Positions 1 to 11,029 of a DNA stretch of 64,000 nucleotides are shown here, piece by piece. Every line of letters starts with the position of its first letter. The first letter of the stretch is position 1. Both the position numbers and the translations under genes were made by a program. Origin of the DNA: Macrostomum lignano (taxonomy: Eukaryota). The notes beneath the pieces are model-generated. The model searched no databases and was not told the origin of the DNA. It saw only the letters and a program-made list of their open reading frames with translations. The stretch spans positions 434,001-498,000 of the forward strand of contig NIVC01000023.1 of the NCBI GenBank assembly GCA_002269645.1. Reading direction: 5' to 3'.

Positions 1-3000
1 ATGTATTAGATAGATAATTGTGTTTGTATTGTATACAACAGTATTATATACAATTGTATTATTTTTATCGTATGATTCGTATTTATTGGCCTATTATGTA
101 GTAGTGCCATTTTGCTATAGGCCTAGTGGTTTACATTTCAATTAGGTTTATGACTGTGTACGTGTAAGTGTAACATGTAGCTGCAGGCTAGGCCTACTTT
201 ATTTTAGGCCTACAAGTACAACTGTGTATAGCTAGCCTAGACTAGAGGGCATACAGCATATTATAGGCATAGGTCTTCTTTGAATGTTACTGTGTAAATT
301 TAATTAATTGTGCCTTTCTTGCTGCCTGTCTTTAGGGCCTATTTTAAGTTTTCAAGGGCCTTGAGTGCTAGAGTGACAGCAGCTAGACTAGGTCAGGATT
401 GTGACAGGTCAGGTCAGGTCAGGCCCTATATACTCAGCAACATTGAAAGACACTTGTTATTTGCACTATACCATATACTATTGTTATTTACATGGTAGGC
501 CTAACTAAAATAAATATTAGTTTTATATACTGTGACATTATGTATGTGTGTGTACTTGTCTTATAGGCCCTACTATAGGTATAGCTATGGTCCAGTTATA
601 TTTGAATAAATTGCATTTTCATTTGTTTCTTTTGAAACACAGTTTCTTTTGTACTTAAAATTATTAATAGGCCCTAGTATTAAGCTAATAAAAGTGCTAA
701 GCTATAAACATATAAATCATGCCTAAGCTCTGGCTAGGGCTTATCTGGGTTTTTAAGGTTGGAAATCCAGTTGCCAGCTGGCCTATAGGGCTCAAAATAC
801 AGTTGCCAATGGCTATTTTTGGTTGCCTATTGGCAATTAGCTAAATTCTTGAAGATAGATATTTCTTGCTTATGTTTTAAACAAGAGAATATCTAAGAGA
901 GAATATCTAAGAGAATAGATATTTAAACAATTAAACTTAACTAAATTATGAATAATATTTGTTGCTAATAACAATATTAGTCTAAACTAATAATGGTTAA
1001 TGCTATTATATTGATTCATATGGCATTCTTAATTTAATTATAAAATCATTTTTTGAAGTCAGCAACTAGCATGGAAAAAATGAAGTTGGGCAATTCCATA
1101 TAATTATGGTCGTAACATGACAGGCTTTTTTTACTTATAAAATGAAATCTAATAATAGAATACACTAAACCAATATTTTAAATGAAAGATTTTTTTGTCA
1201 AGAATATTTTTATAGAGTTTCATGTAGATATCATCATTAATATAGATGCTATTAAACCTTGAATGGCACTTCTGGTCGTAACGACAGGATTTTTGACAGA
1301 TAGAAACTAAAAGGTAAAAGTCTTATAACATTTTTCATTTTTGATATTTTGCAATAAATTTTTTAAAATTCGACTAAGAACATCTTCAGAAATCATACTC
1401 TTTTTGTAGAATATATAAACTCAAAAAGGCAACAAAGATACAAAAGAAAAGGCAGCCTTATGGTCGTAACATTCTGGTCGTAACATATTTTGTTCTGTCA
1501 ATTCAGTAACTTAGAGGTACCAATATATTAAAAATATAATTGATTATTTGTTCATCAATACTTTTATCTGATGATGCAAGTACTATACTTTTATCTATAG
1601 TTTGTTTCAACCTTCCAAAGCTTTCTATTTGTTTTTAAAAGGTTCACAAACTTAATGATGTCTTTTGCTTAAAAAACTGTCCAAATTTTTACAAAAATTA
1701 CTTTTTGCCACTTGATAACATACTAATCTAACATTTTATCATTCATTTATTCTTAGATTGTAGATGTTACACATAAAAACATTTGGTAAAAAAATTGGCT
1801 AATCAGGCAGTGGCAAGCAAAAATATTGACTTTTTTCTATTTTCCAAATATGTCCATCTTATATGGAATGAGCCAGTTGCCAGATTGGCCTCTTATAGTC
1901 TTATACCAAAAATCTAATTGTCAATAAAATTTTCAAAAGGCCAAAAACCCCATATCGGCATATAGCCCAAAAACCCAGTCTAAACTCAATTTATTGGCTT
2001 TAGTTAGTTCAAACTCATCATGAAAATAAAAGATGCTAAAACAAATATTGAGTACTTGATAGTCCCTAATAAGATAGCTTTTTAATATTATCTCAGTTAT
2101 ATTATAAATATTAAATAATAGGCCTTTTAGTAATATTTATATTTATTTATATAATACTTTATAAATAACAACTGCTAGGCTTATATTTAAGAGTTGCTAT
2201 CATAGAAGATTCTTTTTTATGGTTGCCACTTTGAGAGTACAGATAAAGTCTCAATCTTTGCATATGTCACAATTTAGCTATGTCACTGCAGATTCAAGTT
2301 AAAGAATAAAGTAGGGGTAGTAGTGTGCAAAGGTTGGACATATTAAAGGCAAAGTTAGGCCATAGGGCCTACCCCAATTAGTTTTTTACCTTTTTAGAAT
2401 AGTCAAAAAATTACTCATTGGCATGCAAGTATAGAGTGGCAACTTTTAATGTTGCTAAATAAGCCTATATCAATATGCCTATATTTAAGACCAAAAAACT
2501 TTTTATCTCAATGTACCAAAAGTCAGACTCAAAATCTGCCCCAATGTGGCAATGTCTGATTCCTTAAAACTCAGACTCAAAACTCAAAATCTATTTCAGA
2601 TGCCCTAAAATAGGCCTAATCCCCTACTCTCAAATCTTATTTATATGCAACAAAATTCTGGTGTACAATAGACCTGTAAAAAATATTTTACTTCCATTGC
2701 TTCTATCAGAGATATATTTGTCTCTATTTATGTCTTTGTCCCCTCCCTTGATGTGAATCATGGCTACCTGCCTAATTCTCAAAAATTTGTAGGGAAAATT
2801 CTCACATGATGCAAGGTAATAGGAAGTTTAGTACCATGTGTATAATGTGCATCAAAGAGTTGGCCAAGTTGTTTAATATGCTTCTGTTGTAGGCCTAGGG
2901 TATAGCAATGTTGTTTTGTTGACTTGTTATCATTGCTAGAATAATGTAGAATGCTAAAACAGGTCCTTTATTGTTGCAATACCTGCAGTCTATTGGTGTA

Positions 3001-4134
3001 TACTTGGTAGATTAGATCTTAAATATATTGCTTGCAGTGTGCAAAGCAAAATTTTTTTGCATACATTGTCTATATTCATTTCTTTGGCTGATTCCAAGCA
3101 GAAACACCAATGTTTCCTCACAAAAATCTTGCCCACAAACAAAACCCTCCCGATTAGACCATTCTAGTGCAAGAAACTGCCAGAAAACCTGCCCAGTAAG
3201 AAACCACCCAAAAAACCACCTAGAGAAGAGTTTCCAACTGAAAAAACCACCAAACACTTATCAGTTTCTTTCAGAGACTCTAGCCATTTTGAAAATTGGA
3301 ATCAACAAAGGAACCCACTAGAAACTTTGGCTGGTTCTCACAAAGCTTTGGATGATTCCTGCAGAATCCACCATTTAGTATTTACTCTCTTTCAAGAAAC
3401 CGCTAAGAAGAAACCACCCAAAAAACCACCAAGAGAAGAGTTTCCAACTGAAAAAACCACCCAGGAAACTGCACAATGGCTGGCGGGTTCTTTGGCAGTT
3501 TCTGAAACAAAATCCACCCAGGAAACAGCCAAGCGTTAGGTGGGTGATTTGGTGGATTCTGCACATTTTATGCGTTACATCCAGCCAATTGTTGGTTGTT
3601 TCCTCTATACTACAGAGGTAGGCCTTCTTTGGCTTGTTTTTGTAATAAAATTCCTGCCTAAAAAACTGCTATATTTTGTAGAAGGGGTCTATCTTAAGCC
3701 TAAAGTCCAATTTATTCATTTATGATTTAGTCTTTTATATATATCTTAAGATATACTATTTGAATAGGTTAGAAGAACAATCAGTAATAGTCAATAGAAT
3801 CAGGCTAATACTTTAACAAGTCCTTTGTCAATGTTATTTATATGGTACTAATGCAGGCTTAGCCTTGGTGCCAAGGCTCTATTAGATTATAGCTATAGTT
3901 GATAGGATACTTTCTATCTAGCAACCTGGATATAAAGGCAATGGCCCATTAGGGCCAGTTAGCATTAGCAAAAAGTAGTACTTAAGGATAGCATTTATAA
4001 ATAAATCACTAGTTGCTCATTGTTTAGCAGCTTTAGGTTAGGCCTAGTAGTATCTGAGAACAATGTATATGCCTAACAATCAATAGTTTAGGCATAGATC
4101 CATCCAGAATAGCAAAGTAGGTTGCCATGCTTAG

Positions 4135-4292
4135 GTGCAACCTTAGGATTTACTTGGCCATTTCTATTGGCAACACACACACATGTAAGTTGCTATTGGA
4201 TATAATAGTAGTCATGTGACTGCTCTATGCCAATAGCAACTTATATGTATGTGTTGCCAATAGAAATGGCCGGGTGGTTCCCAAGGTTGCAC
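4135..4292. mobile_element. Degenerate foldback hairpin / MITE remnant
   Basis: Arm 4135-~4198 (gtgcaacctt..ggccatttctattggcaacac..taagttgctattgg) is the reverse complement of ~4230-4292 (ccaatagcaactta..gtgttgccaatagaaatggcc..aaggttgcac). Mismatches are mostly C/T and G/A. No TSD seen. Confidence 0.6.
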
Positions 4293-5201
4293 ATGTATAT
4301 AGGTTGCAATTATAAGGACTACCTCTAGCCTATCAAGCAAGATATTGCATAGCACCTATTAATAGCTAGATCTTCAAGACTATTATTAGCTAGCATTAGA
4401 GTAGAAAACTATTTGAAGTTGGCAAAAGACATGCCAAGCCTGCTGTAGCCAGTCTTAAAGGATGACATTGAGTTCAATGATTAGGATTCAAGGTATAATT
4501 ATCATTTCCCCTTTGGGCAGCATTAGTAGAGTCTCAATGCCCACATGAAGCACCTTAGTCTTCTTAGTACTAATCTGCAGACCTATGCAAGCACCTTCCT
4601 TGAAGAGTAGGTTTTGTTTTTCTCTGTGCCAACTTTCAGGCTATAGTAGTAGACAAAATGTTGTCAACATAGGCCAAGCAATGGAGTTGGACCTCAAGAT
4701 TCTGCAATCTGTGGCATAAAGTGACTACAAATCTATCCTTTTATTACAGAGTCATATAGAGCATATAAGTTCATCAGTAAGACAAATAGCAAAGAGAAAG
4801 GTGTCACCTTGTAGCATACCAGAGCTAGTTGAAAAACTTTGCAATGTATCTATTGGATACTTTAATAAAGGCCATAGAATTGTTATTATATCAATGACTA
4901 TCTATCATTGGCTGCTTGATAGACAGATTGATTTAAAGAAGCTAATGAAAATGATTGAGATGGGCTTTAGCCACCTATTAAATATACAACTTCTAAAATA
5001 TACTTGCTAGTATAAATTAGTTTTGATTGAAACTTTGTTTTGTGACTTACAAATTGGAGCAAATATATGTCTATATAGATGGCATTATATAAAAAACATT
5101 AATTGATACTTAATATAAAATCTTGAAATTAAAAAACCATTAAAATTGTATTTCAAAAACTGATTCTATTGCTCAAAGAATAACAAAAAACAAAAGAGTA
5201 T

Positions 5202-6974
5202 GACGCTTCTATGATTGTTTACATGACGCTTCTATGATTTTTTACATGACGCTTTTATGATTTTTACATGACACTTCTTTTTAAAAAGTCTTTTAGTTTT
5301 CCTGACGTTGAAAAGCTTTAATTAAAAAAATTATACTCTATGAAAATTCGAACCATCGTCGCTGCATTTAGCAGTTCAGTCTGTTCACCTCTAGGCTAGC
5401 TCTCATCGTTTTGATAACATGAAATTTTGCACTTATATAATTCAACACTTTAAAATCCAAGCATCGAGCAAATCACACGAAGCAGTTATGACATAATCAG
5501 TTTCTCAGTCAGTCAGTATCAGTTAACAATATGGTTACGCAATTTAAATCAAGTCTGGTGCTACGCTTCCACACTGCATTTTCAATTCAAGTCGGAGTTA
5601 CAATTCAGTTATGATGCAATATAATTCAGAATCAGAATTCAACCAGTCAGTTTTTTCTCTAGCATTCTTACAATGCATTTCAAGTCGAAAACTTTGCTTG
5701 ACCTTTGCAAAAAAGCATGTTTTTCGAATATTTAATGCCTTTAGCATCGAGCAATTTCTTAGCCACGATGCATGTACAGTCACGGGAAAATTTCTGATCG
5801 AACAGTGCAAGTTCGAACAAAATTGGTCCAGCCATTTTTTCTCTAATCGATTACAAGCAAGCAAGCAAGATTTTCATTTTTAGTATATAGGATTAATAAA
5901 TATACAACTTCTAAAATATACTTGCTAGTATAAATTAGTTTTGATTGAAACTTTGTTTTGTGACTTACAAATTGGAGCAAATATATGTCTATATAGATGG
6001 CATTATATAAAAAACATTAATTGATACTTAATATAAAATCTTGAAATTAAAAAACCATTAAAATTGTATTTCAAAAACTGATTCTATTGCTCAAAGAATA
6101 ACAAAAAACAAAAGAGTATTTGGTTAACATTTTCACTTTTGTTTTGACCTTGTATAACTTATATATATCTAGGATTGAAATTTGGCTATGCCTTTGCATA
6201 TTTGACATACCATTGGTATATTTTTTTTAAATTTGTTCCAATTGGGCATTTGGTTTGGCATTAGATCAAAACTTTTTTTAGATCATTTAGGATCTTAGAT
6301 CTTTGTTTAACCAAATTTGTTTTAGATTAGTTGTAATTTTTTAATCTAATCAATAAAAACACTTTATATATACCTAAAAAAATTCTAAAAGATCTTTAAT
6401 TGAGAATTAAAAAGTAGAAAAATATAACTCAATTCATATGTTATATATATATTTTGAAATATTCTATTATTACTAAGGTTGTTTTAGACACCTATATCTT
6501 TTACAGTTTAAGGTTAAGGCAAAGAGATACATATTATATTCTATGCATTCTATATGCAATATAATGTGATATGTATATAGAATATTTGGGCCATAGACAA
6601 AAGCCATTAGACCCCTATGCAAACTCTATAAACAGTGTTAGAAATTTCTTAGGTATTTAAAAATGCTCAACTTTTGGCAAGCAAGCACATGGTATTGCTA
6701 TGAAATTTTGTTTCATTAAAACAGATGTGAAAGAAAATGTAGGTATGTAGTATGTTGCAAACTAATTAACCAAATACCAAAAATCATAAGGAAGGTACAT
6801 TAGAAAAAGTATTAAAAAAACACTAAAAATGAAAAAAATAAGAGAAGAAAAAGAGTAAAAACTTGCACAAGAGGCCATGTATTAATTGAAACTAAAGAAA
6901 AAATGATTGTAGTGCAAAGCTATGTCACAAAAAGGCTTTCTAAATACAACTATATCATATTTTCATGGAAAACT
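5202..6974 (+). repeat. Copy 1 of a ~1.78-kb near-identical direct duplication
   Basis: Matches ~9000-10771 at offset 3796-3797. The ORF pairs 5598/9394 and 5611/9407 are identical. I noticed one substitution and a 1-nt poly-A length difference. Confidence 0.9.
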
Positions 6975-8100
6975 CGTTGGGGAGCCAAAGAAATGCAATA
7001 CACGTTTTTTTAATAAGCTACATGTATCCTTGAAATCTTAAAAAATCTCCTGTCAAACCTTGTAAGCCTTGACATGTCAGTAATTCCCCCCCCACAAGCT
7101 TTAACATATCAACTTCCCCCCTTGACATCTCAGCAATGCCCCCAATAAGCCTTGGAAATCTAAAAATATCTGTCAACCTTCTAACCCTAACCCTAGCCTA
7201 ACCCTAACCCTAACCCTAACCCTAACCATAACCCTAACCTAACCCTAAAGCATTGAAATTTCAGTAATTCTCTCTAAGAGTCATAATAGCACTACTACAG
7301 GATTATAGCGATTCCCTACAAGCCTCGACATCGTAGGGATTCCCAAATGAATCTCTTAACTTCGACATGAAGCTTTTATTTTTTACATTATGCTTTTTTA
7401 TTATCAGCGATCCCTCCCCTGAGGAGGCATCAAATAATGTAATAAAAAGTTACAATAAGTTTTCAATAAACTACATGTAGCTTCTGACTTTAGCCTTGAA
7501 ATCTCATTTATACCCCCGTGAGCCTTGGCATCTCAGCTATTCCCCCCGTAAGCCTTGACATGTCAGCGATGGCCCCCATAAACCTTGAAAACTAAAAAAT
7601 CCCCTGTTAACCTTGAAACCCGATAAAATATAACCCTCAACCCAAACCTGACCTAACCTAACTTTAACCCAACCTAAAGCCTTGAAATCTCAGCAATTCT
7701 TCTCCCCTAAGCCTTGACATTTTAGTGATTCCTTCTTTAAGAATCACAGCACTATAACGATTTCCACCAAGCTTTGACATCGTAGCAATTCCCAAATGAA
7801 TCTTTTAACTTCGACATGACTTTTCTTTTATGTATACATAGTGCTACTTTTATTTTTTACATGACTCTTCTTCTATCAGCGCCCCCCCCCCCCCCGTGGC
7901 GAGCCAACAAAGAATGCAATAAAAAATTGAGTAAAGTACATGAACTTTGAAGTAGCTTCTGACTTTTGCTTTGACATCTCAGAAACCCCCCCCCCCCCCC
8001 CCGTAATCTCAGTTATTCTCTGAGAGCCTTTACGTCTCATATTCTCTGAGAGCCTTTACGTCTCAGTTTTTCTCCCCAGCACAGCATTATAGCTGCATTT
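6975..8100 (+). repeat. Degenerate GAGCCTTGACATCTCAGCAATTCCC repeat region with interstitial (TAACCC)n
   Basis: Recurrent agccttgacatctcagcaat motif. Telomere-like ctaaccctaaccc run at ~7181-7247 and a degenerate one at ~7635-7676. The region is itself internally duplicated. Confidence 0.75.
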
Positions 8101-8149
8101 AACTTTTACATGACACCCTTCATGTCTGACATGACGCTTCTTTTATTCT

Positions 8150-9072
8150 ACCATGATGCTTCTTAATTTTTTAAATGACACTTTCATTAGTTTATAAATG
8201 AGGCTTCTATGATTTTTAAATGACACTTCTATGATTTTTTAAATGACGCTTCTATGATTGTTTACATGACGCTTCTATGATTGTTTACATGACGCTTCTA
8301 TGATTTTTTTAATTACGCTTCTATGATTGTTTACATGACGCTTCTATGATCTTTTAAATGACGCTTCTATGATTGTTTACATGACGCTTCTATGATTGTT
8401 TACATGACGCTTCTATGATTGTTTACATGACGCTTTTATGATTGTTCACATGACGCCTCTATAATTTTTTACATGACGCTTCTATGATTTTTTAAATGAC
8501 GCTTCTAAGATTTTTATATGACGCTTCTACGATTTTTTACATGACGCTTCTATGATTTTTTAAATGATGCTTCTATGATTTTTATATGACGCTTCTACGA
8601 TTTTTTACATGACGCTTCTATGATTGTTTACATGACGCTTCTATGATTTTTTACATGACGCTTCTATGATTGTTTACATGACGCTTCTATGATTTTTATA
8701 TGACGCTTCTATGATTGTTTACATGACGCTTCTATGATTTTTTTAATTACGCTTCTATGATTTTTAAATGACGCTTCTATGATTTTTAAATGACGCTTCT
8801 ATGATTGTTTACATGACGCTTCTATGATTTTTAAATGACGCTTCTATGATTGTTTACATGACGCTTCTATGATCTTTTAAATGACGCTTCTATGATTGTT
8901 TACATGACGCTTCTATGATTGTTTACATGACGCTTCTATGATTGTTTACATGACGCTTTTATGATTGTTCACATGACGCTTCTATAATTTTTTACATGAC
9001 GCTTCTATGAGTTTTTAAATGACGCTTCTATGATTTTTTACATGACGCTTTTATGATTTTTACATGACGCTT
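8150..9072 (+). repeat. 23-bp minisatellite (ATGACGCTTCTATGATTGTTTAC)
   Basis: About 38 tandem units. Only 3-4 units occur at 5200-5280. Confidence 0.95.
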
Positions 9073-10771
9073 CTTTTTAAAAAGTCTTTTAGTTTTCCTG
9101 ACGTTGAAAAGCTTTAATTAAAAAAATTATACTCTATGAAAATTCGAACCATCGTCGCTGCATTTAGCAGTTCAGTCTGTTCACCTCTAGGCTAGCTCTC
9201 ATCGTTTTGATAACATGAAATTTTGCACTTATATAATTCAACACTTTAAAATCCAAGCATCGAGCAAATCACACGAAGCAGTTATGACATAATCAGTTTC
9301 TCAGTCAGTCAGTATCAGTTAACAATATGGTTACGCAATTTAAATCAAGTCTGGTGCTACGCTTCCACACTGCATTTTCAATTCAAGTCGGAGTTACAAT
9401 TCAGTTATGATGCAATATAATTCAGAATCAGAATTCAACCAGTCAGTTTTTTCTCTAGCATTCTTACAATGCATTTCAAGTCGAAAACTTTGCTTGACCT
9501 TTGCAAAAAAGCATGTTTTTCGAATATTTAATGCCTTTAGCATCGAGCAATTTCTTAGCCACGATGCATGTACAGTCACGGGAAAATTTCTGATCGAACA
9601 GTGCAAGTTCGAACAAAATTGGTCCAGCCATTTTTTCTCTAATCGATTACAAGCAAGCAAGCAAGATTTTCATTTTTAGTATATAGGATTAATAAATATA
9701 CAACTTCTAAAATATACTTGCTAGTATAAATTAGTTTTGATTGAAACTTTGTTTTGTGACTTACAAATTGGAGCAAATATATGTCTATATAGATGGCATT
9801 ATATAAAAAACATTAATTGATACTTAATATAAAATCTTGAAATTAAAAAACCATTAAAATTGTATTTCAAAAACTGATTCTATTGCTCAAAGAATAACAA
9901 AAAACAAAAGAGTATTTGGTTAACATTTTCACTTTTGTTTTGACCTTGTATAACTTATATATATCTAGGATTGAAATTTGGCTATGCCTTTGCATATTTG
10001 ACATACCATTGGTATATTTTTTTTAAATTTGTTCCAATTGGGCATTTGGTTTGGCATTAGATCAAAACTTTTTTTAGATCATTTAGGATCTTAGATCTTT
10101 GTTTAACCAAATTTGTTTTAGATTAGTTGTAATTTTTTAATCTAATCAATAAAAACACTTTATATATACCTAAAAAAATTCTAAAAGATCTTTAATTGAG
10201 AATTAAAAAGTAGAAAAATATAACTCAATTCATATGTTATATATATATTTTGAAATATTCTATTATTACTAAGGTTGTTTTAGACACCTATATCTTTTAC
10301 AGTTTAAGGTTAAGGCAAAGAGATACATATTATATTCTATGCATTCTATATGCAATATAATGTGATATGTATATAGAATATTTGGGCCATAGACAAAAGC
10401 CATTAGACCCCTATGCAAACTCTATAAACAGTGTTAGAAATTTCTTAGGTATTTAAAAATGCTCAACTTTTGGCAAGCAAGCACATGGTATTGCTATGAA
10501 ATTTTGTTTCATTAAAACAGATGTGAAAGAAAATGTAGGTATGTAGTATGTTGCAAACTAATTAACCAAATACCAAAAATCATAAGGAAGGTACATTAGA
10601 AAAAGTATTAAAAAAAACACTAAAAATGAAAAAAATAAGAGAAGAAAAAGAGTAAAAACTTGCACAAGAGGCCATGTATTAATTGAAACTAAAGAAAAAA
10701 TGATTGTAGTGCAAAGCTATGTCACAAAAAGGCTTTCTAAATACAACTATATCATATTTTCATGGAAAACT
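9000..10771 (+). repeat. Copy 2 of the ~1.78-kb direct duplication
   Basis: See copy 1. Identity ends at catggaaaact (6974/10771). Confidence 0.9.
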
Positions 10772-11029
10772 AATGTTTATTAGCTAGTTAATATTCATAA
10801 TTTTGTGCAATTTTGTTAGTTGTAGATATTTTTACTAGATTTTTTGAGCAAACTTTAACTGCCAATTCAAATTGCTTCTATGCAGTAAATACACTTGTAT
10901 TATATGAGGCCAAAGCCAATCGAATTATGGTTTATAAATCATTGTCAATGTACAATTTGATTTTATATTATTTTTCAATGTTATCTCTCAACTTTTCTGC
11001 TTTTTTTCAGAGTCGGTAAATTATATATA

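Noticed and set aside
7181-7247. True telomere or fusion scar
   Set aside because: Short, degenerate, and repeatedly associated with a dispersed repeat family.
5598-9679. Duplicated 88/90-aa ORFs at 5.6 and 9.4 kb as genes
   Set aside because: Overlapping antisense ORFs with TTG or weak starts inside a repeat block; no domain or splice support.
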